From Promethearchaeota archaeon (lineage in GTDB: Archaea > Asgardarchaeota > Heimdallarchaeia > Hodarchaeales > Hodarchaeaceae), in the NCBI GenBank assembly GCA_048938105.1, contig JBHLMN010000017.1, positions 1 through 64,000 on the forward strand: a stretch of 64,000 bases of DNA, in the 5' to 3' direction. The notes beneath the pieces are model-generated. The model had not been told where the DNA came from. It did not search any database and saw nothing but the letters and a program-made list of their open reading frames with translations. Below are positions 10,345 through 19,944 of this stretch, in pieces (position 1 is the first letter of the stretch; every line of letters begins with the position of its first letter). The position numbers and the translations under genes were made by a program.

Positions 10345-11112
10345 TTAAGTATGAAAAAACAATGAGATTCCATAAATAAAGAATGCTCCTACAATGAATG
10401 CGATTAAATTCTGAAGATTATTCTTTTCATGAGTTTGGGGGATTAAATCTGAGGCTGCTACATAAATAAATGTGCCAGCAGCCAATGCCAAAAGGACTCC
10501 GATTAGTAATTCCGATAAATTGCCAATAAATAACAAAGAAAATAATGCTCCAATAGGTGTTGCAATAGCTACAATTATAGATAGAATTTTCGATTTATCA
10601 GGCATTACTTCATTTATGATAGCAAAAGAAGTTACCCCTTCAGGCATCTCATGAAGAATCACGGCCATGGCAGCTAATAATCCTATCTCTGTACTCAGCT
10701 CAAATCCTACACCAATGATAATACCATCGATTAAAGAATGAAAAGTTAGACCAGAAAAAGCCATTACTCCAATTCGAGGTGTATGGTGTATTCCATCTCC
10801 ATCCTCATCGAGACAGTAATGAATTTCACTCCCAGAATGAATTACAATAAAATTTTCAAGCAAGTAAAAAGCAAAAAATCCAATGAAAAGTGCAGGATAG
10901 AAAGCTAATTCAGAGAGCTCAATTGCTTCAGGCATCAAATGAAAGAATACCAAAGCTAAGATTAATCCAGCTGCAAATGAATTAACATAATGAGAGTTTT
11001 TCAGCGCCCATTCATGGTTTTTTCTAATCACATAAATACCAAAAAGAGTTGCCAATCCGGCGAGTGTGCCATAGAAGGCAACAGAGAATTCCATTTCATA
11101 CATGATTACCAC
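10345..11112 (-). CDS. ZIP family metal transporter
   Basis: FHSLIDG, LHEMPEG, AGTFIYVAASDLIP; His-containing loop. Confidence 0.92.
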   Translation of the reverse strand: MVIMYEMEFSVAFYGTLAGLATLFGIYVIRKNHEWALKNSHYVNSFAAGLILALVFFHLMPEAIELSELAFYPALFIGFFAFYLLENFIVIHSGSEIHYCLDEDGDGIHHTPRIGVMAFSGLTFHSLIDGIIIGVGFELSTEIGLLAAMAVILHEMPEGVTSFAIINEVMPDKSKILSIIVAIATPIGALFSLLFIGNLSELLIGVLLALAAGTFIYVAASDLIPQTHEKNNLQNLIAFIVGAFFIYGISLFFHT

Positions 11113-11144
11113 CCTGGTGGAATTTTGAGCTGATATCCTGGTTA

Positions 11145-12053
11145 TTACTGTTTTTCATGAATTTCTTCTAATTTTCCTTCCAAAAATCCCAAAATGTCAC
11201 TTGATAAATCAAAAATAGCATAAGGATTTTCCACAATCAAATTAAGTTGGTAAACTGATTGATTGTAGGACCTATTACTTAAAAACCATGTAATTTGCTC
11301 TACAGTTCTGTTACTAAATTTTTGAGCCGCTTCATCTAATATTTTCTTTACAAAAGAGTGTCTATACTTGTCAGGATTGATATTATAAACAAGAGGGTAA
11401 AGAAAATACTCTTGCTCTTTATCAGCATATTTTGCACGAATCCCTCTCAAAATATCAACCACATCTCCAATATTGTCAAACTTATCCCCTTCTTTATCCC
11501 TCCATGTGATTTTTCCTTTATTGATGGCTTCTACAGGAACTTTCATACTTGTATTATGAATGGTCGTACCTAACATTTTCTGGTTGTTAATACTCACATT
11601 TATGCCTTGAGGTGTTATTATTTTAGTGTAATTTATCGATATTTCTTCAACGATCCCTTCAACCTTCAAATCTGGGAGCATTATATAATCTCCAACACTG
11701 AATGGGTTAGTTATTAGAAGGTACAATCCACTCAAAAAATTCCCTAGAGTGGTGGAGGAAGCGAAACCAATAGCAGTACCTAGGAGTGCAGCTGCACCAA
11801 TGAACAACTCTTCACCAATAATCCAAAAGAGTCCTAATAATAGAATAGTCGCTCGGCCCAAAGTTCTTAGGGCATTGTGAAGTTCTGGTGAGATATTATC
11901 CTTAATTCGACCCAGAATAAAACTCCACACAATCCATAAGAATATAACAATGATTAAAACTACTGTTACATATAAAGCAGATTCAATTAATGGATCATTC
12001 AATCCAGTTTGTGCGATTGTCAAATTTATTACCATAAACATGTTTCTTTTCAA
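11145..12053 (-). CDS. mscS: Small-conductance mechanosensitive channel family protein
   Basis: AIGFAS...LGNFLSGL...NPFSVGDYI...EGIVEEI. Confidence 0.85.
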   Translation of the reverse strand: MKRNMFMVINLTIAQTGLNDPLIESALYVTVVLIIVIFLWIVWSFILGRIKDNISPELHNALRTLGRATILLLGLFWIIGEELFIGAAALLGTAIGFASSTTLGNFLSGLYLLITNPFSVGDYIMLPDLKVEGIVEEISINYTKIITPQGINVSINNQKMLGTTIHNTSMKVPVEAINKGKITWRDKEGDKFDNIGDVVDILRGIRAKYADKEQEYFLYPLVYNINPDKYRHSFVKKILDEAAQKFSNRTVEQITWFLSNRSYNQSVYQLNLIVENPYAIFDLSSDILGFLEGKLEEIHEKQ

Positions 12054-12194
12054 AAATACGTGTGAGAAGTTCTTCTTTTAATCTCTCTAAAAATTATTTG
12101 CCCATTTAAAAGAGAATGATCTGAAGATTTATTATCAGGTAATTCACATAAGAATGTTAAAAAAAAGAAAGAAAAGATAAGTTAAAAGCCTGGT

Positions 12195-13352
12195 TTATCG
12201 AAATGAACTGATTGATATACTCCCTGTAGAAGTGTCCATTAATAAATAGTATTTCATTGAACTTAAGTCGTAATTTTGACTTTTATAGGTATAATTATCT
12301 TCGATGGATTGTCCAGAAGTGTATATGGCACCTGTTGATACATTAGCATGATATAGCAAGCCTATAGCAGGGTGAAGGGAATGTCGGAAATTTATACTTC
12401 CTGTAGAAGTGTCTACAAGATAATTAACCTGCGTATCATTAAATACCATTTCCTGAAGGATATCAAAATCAATAGAGCCAGTAGAAGTATCAAGTATCCA
12501 TTCTACTTTGTCAGATGCATAATCTATATTATTAAATGACGCTTGAATAGAGCCAGTAGAAGTCTGCATAGTTAGATTGTGCGAAGTACCAAAAAAAACA
12601 TTATAAAACTCAGATGTAATACTACCTGTTCTTGTTTTCAGTGATAGCAGTGAAATATTACTTTCTGATGCTTCTACACCGATTGCACCAGTAGAAACAT
12701 CTATATCAAGTGCTGTTGTCACAAGGCTAGAAATTGTTATTTCAAGGTCATAATAATAAGGATTTTCCCAAGAAGATCTTGAACTAGAATCAAACGAGAT
12801 ATAATTGAGATCGTCGTATTGATGAATCTCAAATGTGTTTGCATCTTGGAGAGAATGTCCTTCTTGTGCATAAACTAAGATTTGTGCCTCTATCAAATTG
12901 GACATATTCAAGATCTCAATATTTACTGCTCCGACAGAATTATCAATTTCTAGTTCTAAATTTGATTTATTTGTGAAACTATCAATTGAAAATGTTTTTT
13001 TACCAATATAATCATATTTATCAACAATTCTATCATAAGCAAATGGTAAAACACCCACTAAAAATACAATTGCTGCAAAACCAACTATTACTATGATAGC
13101 AAAGCCTCCAACTAACAACCACTTTGCCCCTTGTGAGGAAGATTTGTGATAAGATCTATAATAACTCGGTGACCTTGATGGTGTTGTAGCCTTGTTGTAT
13201 GAACTAAATACTGGTCTCCTTGTTGATTCCCCCGTGGGAGGAGAGAAGCTCTTTTGGGAAATTTGTGGAGATCTTAGTTTGTTTCCACAGTATTCACAGA
13301 AGATAGAATCTTCAACAACTCTTCCACCACATTTTGAACAGAATCTTGGCAT
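12195..13352 (-). CDS. Zn-ribbon + TM + DUF4097-like beta-repeat (adhesin-like) protein
   Basis: FCSKCG...FCEYCG, one TM helix, repeated (D/Q)TSTGSI motifs. Confidence 0.8.
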   Translation of the reverse strand: MPRFCSKCGGRVVEDSIFCEYCGNKLRSPQISQKSFSPPTGESTRRPVFSSYNKATTPSRSPSYYRSYHKSSSQGAKWLLVGGFAIIVIVGFAAIVFLVGVLPFAYDRIVDKYDYIGKKTFSIDSFTNKSNLELEIDNSVGAVNIEILNMSNLIEAQILVYAQEGHSLQDANTFEIHQYDDLNYISFDSSSRSSWENPYYYDLEITISSLVTTALDIDVSTGAIGVEASESNISLLSLKTRTGSITSEFYNVFFGTSHNLTMQTSTGSIQASFNNIDYASDKVEWILDTSTGSIDFDILQEMVFNDTQVNYLVDTSTGSINFRHSLHPAIGLLYHANVSTGAIYTSGQSIEDNYTYKSQNYDLSSMKYYLLMDTSTGSISISSFR

Positions 13353-13496
13353 ATTTTGATTTCCTCTAATTTATCTAATCTGATTCAAGAAGATCAATTC
13401 CTTTATAAATATCGTCGGATTGCGGAATCGATCCTCAAGTTTGAAGCTGCTTGAGAAAAAAATCCAGCATAAAAATTAAAACAATCTAATATATAA

Positions 13497-14249
13497 TTGC
13501 TGATTATGGGTTATAGTGAGTTCATCTTGTGGGAAGGTCGTATCCCCCTTTCATCGGTTACTTGGACTTATGATCCAAAAAAACACTTTTGGTTTCCTCC
13601 TTCATTTGAGGAAAGACGACTTCAAATCTGGTACTCTATGCTTTCACATTATCCGCACTTATATGATGGAGAAATTTTAGTATTAGATCATTTTTTCTTA
13701 GAAAAAGGAATTTTAAGATTAAGTACTAGAAGTGTTCGATTCTCCAAGATACTAGTCCACATGAAAGATAATCTTAAGTTCCCAAAATATGGTAGCTTAG
13801 GATTTCAGGCAATAGTAACAGATCCAACACATTCATACTTGTTGATAGGGAAAAGGTCACATTTTTCTGAATATAAACCAGGTTATCACACCATACCTGG
13901 AGGAATGTTTGAAAAAAGCGACATTAATAACTCTTTGATTGATGCTTGTTTACGAGAATTAACTGAGGAAATATCGATTGATATCAATCCTAAATCTTTT
14001 TATTTGATTGCAATGCTTCTAGAAGCAAACCACCTAGGAACATGTTTACTAGTGGAAGTTGAAACAAAGGAAAAACTTTCTTCTTCAAATAATCACGAAT
14101 CAAAAATCCTTGGCAATGAGGAATGGGAAAATAACCAACTTGAGTGGATTTTATTCTCTCAAATTTGTGATCTGGACCAAAAGCGTATATTGGAAGGATT
14201 AGATTTTCTCAGGATGAGGTTAATCAAACAGAAGGGATCTTTTGAGTAA
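13497..14249 (+). CDS. Nudix hydrolase
   Basis: Nudix box PGGMFE...ACLRELTEEI. Confidence 0.85.
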   Translation: MLIMGYSEFILWEGRIPLSSVTWTYDPKKHFWFPPSFEERRLQIWYSMLSHYPHLYDGEILVLDHFFLEKGILRLSTRSVRFSKILVHMKDNLKFPKYGSLGFQAIVTDPTHSYLLIGKRSHFSEYKPGYHTIPGGMFEKSDINNSLIDACLRELTEEISIDINPKSFYLIAMLLEANHLGTCLLVEVETKEKLSSSNNHESKILGNEEWENNQLEWILFSQICDLDQKRILEGLDFLRMRLIKQKGSFE

Positions 14250-14280
14250 CTCATTGCAAATTCAATACCCCTCTAATTCC

Positions 14281-14931
14281 TTAATGGAAGATTTTCTTAG
14301 CATAATCCGTGAATATTCGATGTTCAACTCGTCTTAATCTTTCTTGCATTGCGACTCGTTTGATGCCAATATGCTGGGCTAGAGTTTCAATATTTATTTT
14401 TGAACGTCTAGGGATCTCATAATAACCTTTAATATATGCTAGTTTGAAAGCTTCGAGTTGTTTTGGTGTGAGAAGTGTTCTTTCCGATTTAAAAGGTACA
14501 GAACTTAATGATACAACCTTAACAGCTGTAAAACTTGATTTTAGTGTTTCTAATAACTTTTTCAGCGCATCACGGGAAGGAGAATACACAGTATGATATT
14601 GAATCCCTTCTCGAATAATGATTGGAAGAAGTGACATGCTACCGCTTTCTAGAATAGTTTCATATATAGATGGAAAATCGAGATTGTGTACTGAACGTGT
14701 CCAATAAACAGTTGGAGAGGAATATGTCACTTCAAACTCGAGAACACTTTCCGATTTTCTAATACTATCAACATATGATTGAATGCTCTTTTCGCCTCCA
14801 TCAAGAGCCTCTATAAGTCCATAGCCTTCTGGTAACCTGATTGTTACAATAGTTACTTTCACAGGTATTTTCCTCGTTAATTCGCATAAATAATAGTCTT
14901 TAGAACTAATTTGTAAATTAGTTTGAATCAT
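14281..14931 (-). CDS. Bacterio-opsin-activator-type (HTH_10) transcription regulator
   Basis: LTPKQLEAFKLAYIKGYYEIPRR...LAQHIGI...ERLRRVE. Confidence 0.9.
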   Translation of the reverse strand: MIQTNLQISSKDYYLCELTRKIPVKVTIVTIRLPEGYGLIEALDGGEKSIQSYVDSIRKSESVLEFEVTYSSPTVYWTRSVHNLDFPSIYETILESGSMSLLPIIIREGIQYHTVYSPSRDALKKLLETLKSSFTAVKVVSLSSVPFKSERTLLTPKQLEAFKLAYIKGYYEIPRRSKINIETLAQHIGIKRVAMQERLRRVEHRIFTDYAKKIFH

Positions 14932-14942
14932 TTAATAAACAC

Positions 14943-14956
14943 CCGTCATATGACGG
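14943..14956. promoter_or_regulatory. Perfect 14-bp palindrome, candidate operator
   Basis: CCGTCATATGACGG in the AT-rich divergent gap between the HTH_10 regulator and the EamA gene. Confidence 0.6.
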
Positions 14957-15047
14957 CAAAAAGGTTAAGCTTTTTTTAATTTAGCGTTGTTTGGATGTAA
15001 TAGTATCATTAAAATATCCTATAAATAATGAATGAGTTTGTATCAAT

Positions 15048-15971
15048 ATGATAACCAAATATTTCTCCAAAGAGTATCTTTTTGCTGTAATTCAAGCGTT
15101 TTTTGTAACTATCCTTTGGAGTTCCTCTTGGGTAATCATAAAATTTGGTCTGGAAGAAATTCCACCCCTGATCTTTGCAGGATTAAGGTATTTACTTGGC
15201 GCTGCGATTTTATTAGTTATTATTTTCTCAAATAATGATCATCGAAATTCAGTCGCTACTCAATCAAAGCATTGGTGGGGCACCATTAGCTTATATGGCA
15301 TTATATTTATAGCAATTACACAGGGAGGGCAATTCATAGCTCTAAAGCTTCTCCCAGCAATCACTGTTTCTTTTATATTGAATCTTACGCCATATATTGT
15401 AATTTTCCTCTCTATTGGATTATTAAAGGAAGTCCCATCTTTATTGCAGGTTTTTTTCTTCTTAGTGGCTTTTTTCGGAATTTTATTCTACTTTTATCCT
15501 ATTGACCTTACACTTGAGCTCCTTGGATTACTAGTTGGTTTGGTTTTGATATTTTCAAACGCTTTTTCTTCAATTTTAGGCCGTTCAATTAATCGACCAA
15601 AAACTACTCCACCGTTAGTTGTAACTGGGATGAGTATGGTCATTGGATCAATTGTGTTACTAATATGTGGGATCGCTATTTCGGGAATCCACATCATTTT
15701 TTCTCTCTCATTACTCTCAATTTTCTATATCATCTGGCTTGGTGTTGTAAATACAGCTCTCGCCTTTACTTTATGGCATAACGCCATGCAAAAACTTAGA
15801 GCAATGGATATGACTATTATCAATAGCACAATGCTTCCCCAGATCGTCATTCTATCAATCATTTTCCTAGGAGAAATGCCTGTGTTTAAGGAATGGCTCG
15901 GATTGGCGTTACTTGTTATTAGCACTCTGTTAATTCAAATCAACCAAGCCAAAACAAATACAAAGAAATAA
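15048..15971 (+). CDS. DMT/EamA family transporter
   Basis: LWSSSWVIIK, PPLIFAGLR, 10 TM helices, IFLGE. Confidence 0.92.
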   Translation: MITKYFSKEYLFAVIQAFFVTILWSSSWVIIKFGLEEIPPLIFAGLRYLLGAAILLVIIFSNNDHRNSVATQSKHWWGTISLYGIIFIAITQGGQFIALKLLPAITVSFILNLTPYIVIFLSIGLLKEVPSLLQVFFFLVAFFGILFYFYPIDLTLELLGLLVGLVLIFSNAFSSILGRSINRPKTTPPLVVTGMSMVIGSIVLLICGIAISGIHIIFSLSLLSIFYIIWLGVVNTALAFTLWHNAMQKLRAMDMTIINSTMLPQIVILSIIFLGEMPVFKEWLGLALLVISTLLIQINQAKTNTKK

Positions 15972-15988
15972 GGAAAAAGGGGGTAAGT

Positions 15989-18538
15989 TCAGGATTTTTT
16001 TCGTCTTCGAATTAATACCTCTAGAGTGCCTAAGAATAGTAGAATGGTAAGAATTCCTGGAGAAGGGGTAATACCTGGGGCACCAGTTTCTTTAGTCTTA
16101 GTTGTGGTAGTAGGGGTAGTAGTAGTTGTGGTAGTAGGGGTAGTAGTAGTTGTGCTAGTAGGGGTAGTAGTAGTTGTGCTAGTAGGGGTGGTAGTAGTTG
16201 TGCTAGTCATTGTAGTGGTATCCTGGGGTTCTGATGGGGTTGCCTTTGCTTCATTGGAGAATGCACTCTCACCTATAGCGTTAACAGCAGTAACAGCATA
16301 ATAGTACGTGGTTTCACCAATGGCAGTTGTATCTTTAAAACCTGTATTGGATGTGTCTCCTAAAAGGGAATAGCTACCACTTACTGTCCCACGATAGACG
16401 TTGTAATGTGTGATTTTAGACCCGCCATCACTACCGGGGATGGACCAGCTCAATTCAATCACATTCTCACCAACAGTAGCTATTAGATTCAAAGGAGCAC
16501 TTGGAGGATATAGTTTGATCTGGAATGATCTCAATCCTGAATGATAATAAATGCCTGTTGAATCATTGCCAAAAACCTGAATCGTATGAGTTCCTAATAC
16601 AGGCATTGGAATAGTTGTGTTTCCAAATATCGTAACGTTCGTTCCTCCGTCCAGCGAATACCCAGCCCAATCTAGGGGGACTGTAGTAGTATAGTTAAGC
16701 AGTAATCCTTCCTTAAGATTATCTCCTACATTATAATTAGGATCCCAGCTGAATCCAAATGCATCCCATCTAGTAGCTCCAAAATACGTTGGAATATCAC
16801 TTGCTAAATATAATTCATCAAGTGTATTCACATCATTTTGAAATTCAATGTTCTCTACTCGTCCAACTTCAGTCTCATTTTCATCAAATATAATCCAATT
16901 GAATTGCCCATTCACCCCTGTTTCACAATTAAAACTAATGGAATGATAGTACCATTTATAACTAACTTGATCCGCGATGCTTTGCCAACTACTACCATCA
17001 AAATACTCTATGTTACTCAAATATTGTCCAATAGCATTAATTCTCATTTCAACTGCAATAGTATCATCCGTAGCCCGTAAATGGAAATAATTGGCACCTG
17101 TATAAGGCATATGAATATTATCTACAAGATTATAAAATTCTATTGTCCCAGTTGTGGGAGGATTATCAAAATAATGGACTCCATAGGTATAATGCCCAGC
17201 CTGTGCATCACCAATGTGTAATACTTTGTTATGACCATAAATAGGCCCGTCATGAACCCCTATATCGACATACGTACCTATTGGGGGAGCATGATATTCA
17301 TCAATAAACTCAAGATCTGTTCCTGCAGTAGCATGGAGTTCATTTTCAAACCCAAACGATGCAGGATAATAACCACTCATTGGTGCATAATATGTCTTAT
17401 CTTCTGGCGATAATAACTTAAGAGGTGAGCTCTCTAAAACCCACGTGTCAGCAAAATAAGTACCAGATTGGAAGTTGTTACCCCCAAATAATATCACTTT
17501 GTCGGAAGTAGAATCATAGACCATGGAATGCCATGCTCTTGCACCAGGTGAAGTTGAGGGATTCATCTGAATCCAGGCATTCGTTGACAAATCATAAATC
17601 CATGTGTCAGCAAAACAAGCATCAAATTGGTCATTGGTACCCCCAAATAGTATCACTTTATCGGAAGTAGAATCATAGACCATAGAATGCCTTACTCTTG
17701 CATCAGGTGAAGTTGAGGGATTCATTGGAGTCCAAGTATTCAGAGTCAAATCATAAGCTAAAGTTTTTCCAACGACATCAGTACCATCATACCCCCCAAA
17801 TAATATGACCTGAGCAGAATTAGAATCATAGACCATAGAATGCTCCTGTCTTGAACCAGTCTCAGCTGATGGGTTCTTTAGAGTCCAAGTATCAGCTGTT
17901 AGATTGTAGACCCACGTGTCAGCTAAATAACCATTCCACCCCCCAAATAATATCACCTGATCAGTATTAAGATCATAGACCATAGAATGCAAATATCTTG
18001 GGCTAGGGGAATTTACAGGACTCTTTTGAGTCCAAGTATTAGTTCCAAGATCGTAAACCCATATGTCATTCAGAAATGAACCATCATACCCCCCAAATAA
18101 TATGACTTTATTAGAATTAGAATCATAGACCATAGAATGCCCCCGTCTTGGGTTAGGGGAATTTACAGGACTCTTTTGAGTCCAAGTATTAGTTCCAAGA
18201 TCGTAAACCCACGTATCATTTAATTGAACATCTCTCGGGTAATCCCAACCCCCAAATAATATAACTTTGCCAGAAGTAGAATCATAGACCATAGAATGCT
18301 GTATTCTAGTACTAGGACCCGAAAGCGGGTTCATATTTCTCCAGAAATAAGAAGGTTTCTGGGATGTCGCTAGAAGAACATCGGTTTTTTTCTCGGAAAG
18401 ATCGTTAAAACCAATATTAGAGGTAGAACTGATAAAACTTCCTAAAAGAAGGAAACTAATAATAATAATTTTTATAATTCTTGTTTTCACATCTAATCTA
18501 ATCATCTCGGTCATCCTCCTCAGAATAAGTACAAGCAA
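15989..18538 (-). CDS. Secreted Kelch beta-propeller + lectin-like beta domain + FN3 + Thr-rich linker + C-terminal TM anchor
   Basis: Signal peptide; 6 repeats of HSMVYD..SxKVILFGG..DTWVYDL; FN3 PPSAPLNL..LSWS..DGGS..YNVYR..YYYAVTAVN; PGIL-TM-RRRKKS. Confidence 0.9.
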   Translation of the reverse strand: MLVLILRRMTEMIRLDVKTRIIKIIIISFLLLGSFISSTSNIGFNDLSEKKTDVLLATSQKPSYFWRNMNPLSGPSTRIQHSMVYDSTSGKVILFGGWDYPRDVQLNDTWVYDLGTNTWTQKSPVNSPNPRRGHSMVYDSNSNKVILFGGYDGSFLNDIWVYDLGTNTWTQKSPVNSPSPRYLHSMVYDLNTDQVILFGGWNGYLADTWVYNLTADTWTLKNPSAETGSRQEHSMVYDSNSAQVILFGGYDGTDVVGKTLAYDLTLNTWTPMNPSTSPDARVRHSMVYDSTSDKVILFGGTNDQFDACFADTWIYDLSTNAWIQMNPSTSPGARAWHSMVYDSTSDKVILFGGNNFQSGTYFADTWVLESSPLKLLSPEDKTYYAPMSGYYPASFGFENELHATAGTDLEFIDEYHAPPIGTYVDIGVHDGPIYGHNKVLHIGDAQAGHYTYGVHYFDNPPTTGTIEFYNLVDNIHMPYTGANYFHLRATDDTIAVEMRINAIGQYLSNIEYFDGSSWQSIADQVSYKWYYHSISFNCETGVNGQFNWIIFDENETEVGRVENIEFQNDVNTLDELYLASDIPTYFGATRWDAFGFSWDPNYNVGDNLKEGLLLNYTTTVPLDWAGYSLDGGTNVTIFGNTTIPMPVLGTHTIQVFGNDSTGIYYHSGLRSFQIKLYPPSAPLNLIATVGENVIELSWSIPGSDGGSKITHYNVYRGTVSGSYSLLGDTSNTGFKDTTAIGETTYYYAVTAVNAIGESAFSNEAKATPSEPQDTTTMTSTTTTTPTSTTTTTPTSTTTTTPTTTTTTTPTTTTKTKETGAPGITPSPGILTILLFLGTLEVLIRRRKKS
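16098..16207. repeat. Approximately 4 x 24-bp tandem repeat encoding the Thr/Pro linker
   Basis: Unit GTTGTG(G/C)TAGTAGGGGTAGTAGTA, read as T(S/T)TTTTTP on the minus strand. Confidence 0.85.
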
Positions 18539-18691
18539 GTTGAATTATTTTGGATGACCCTTATATTCACCACATAATAGTATTTAAAATTATCTGGATT
18601 TTATCCTTTTTTATATTAAGCTAAGTTTGAACTTCTAAACAACTCTAACAAAACGTAGCATATTCTAAATGAATAAAAAATTTGATAAATT

Positions 18692-18902
18692 CTTTTATCC
18701 TATTGACCTTCCACTTGAGTCCCTTGGATTATTAGTTGGGATATCATCAATTCCACCATGCTTCCCCAGATCGTTGTTCTATCAATCATCTTTTTTGGGG
18801 GAATTTCCAGTTTTTAAAGAATGGATTGGATTATTTTTGCTTGTTATTAGCACTCTGTTAATCCAGTTAAGCCAAGCTAAAACAAATTCTAATCATAATT
18901 AA
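18692..18902 (+). pseudogene. Degenerate, internally deleted duplicate of the 3' half of the EamA gene at 15048-15971
   Basis: About 18692-18740 matches 15491-15539 (YPIDL.LE.LGLLVG); about 18742-18890 matches about 15816-15960 (GE.PVFKEW.GL.LLVISTLLIQ..QAKTN). Confidence 0.85.
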
Positions 18903-18907
18903 GCCTG

Positions 18908-19831
18908 TTATATTTCTAGTTCAGAGCTCTTAAGAGGATGAATTTCACGTCGCAGAATGAGAAGAGCTAGTAGAATACAAATTAACCCAAATATTTTAAA
19001 GAAGGATTGGATTAGAATTTGTCCACCAATTGGATTAATAAGATCCTCATAGAATACAAAATATGCTCCGATGAATGCAACAATTACTGATAAAGCATTG
19101 GTAATAGGTGAAACAATAGATAATCTCCCACGCTCAAAAGCTAACATTTGTGCGATGATGGCAAATAAGTATGTCATCAATAACATTACGATTGAGTATA
19201 GAAACATCAAAAAAGTAAAGGAATCACTAGTATTAAGCATTCCTAATGTAATTAACAGACTCTTCGTGAAAAATGTTCCCAATCCATAGAAAGTTCCAGC
19301 AAAAATGGGAAACACAAATTCAGCATACCCAGATTTCGAAATAAACATGATAAAAACCATAACAACCATTAATATAAGGATAAATGGGAAGAAGCCCAAG
19401 AGGAGAGGAATATTCATTGCTTCTGATGATTCGACGAATGGGGAAAATGCAATTAAGAGGATTCCAGTAATTAGAACACCTACCCCCAACCATTCCACCT
19501 TGGATAATTTTTCTTTAAAGATAAAATGAGCAAAAATAAAGGTGAAAAGTAAATTTGTATTAACCAATGGCTTAACAACAGACACATCATAAGCATTTAA
19601 AGCTACGGTATAAATAACGAATCCAATAATAGCAGCAATTCCACCTATGAACCAAATAGGAGTAGTTATTAAACGCCAAGCTGCTGGACCAATATCACGA
19701 AGGAAATTTTTTATTTTGATGCCTCCCGCCCTAAAAATTCCAATTTTAAGAATGATAGCCGACCCACCACTAATTAATCCGTAAATGGTCATGATCAATA
19801 AGACAGCGACATTAGCTATTAACAAAGACAA
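18908..19831 (-). CDS. DMT/EamA-like transporter
   Basis: DVSVVKPL, FKEKLSKVEWLGV, RLSIVSP; many TM helices. Confidence 0.85.
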   Translation of the reverse strand: MSLLIANVAVLLIMTIYGLISGGSAIILKIGIFRAGGIKIKNFLRDIGPAAWRLITTPIWFIGGIAAIIGFVIYTVALNAYDVSVVKPLVNTNLLFTFIFAHFIFKEKLSKVEWLGVGVLITGILLIAFSPFVESSEAMNIPLLLGFFPFILILMVVMVFIMFISKSGYAEFVFPIFAGTFYGLGTFFTKSLLITLGMLNTSDSFTFLMFLYSIVMLLMTYLFAIIAQMLAFERGRLSIVSPITNALSVIVAFIGAYFVFYEDLINPIGGQILIQSFFKIFGLICILLALLILRREIHPLKSSELEI

Positions 19832-19944
19832 ATTATTTCATCCTATTGACTGAGAATTATTAAATTATTCCTAATCCTTGGCAATGAAAATATAAATGCC
19901 ATTAAGAGTTTGAGAGAGAGTGTTTTTACTTCTACTCTTAAAAC

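Noticed and set aside
16098-16207. Tandem repeat as a CRISPR array
   Set aside because: No spacers; it is an in-frame coding Thr/Pro linker; no cas genes
17500-18300. Repeats at about 150-bp period as a non-coding array or DGR template/variable repeats
   Set aside because: They are Kelch blade coding repeats; no reverse transcriptase nearby
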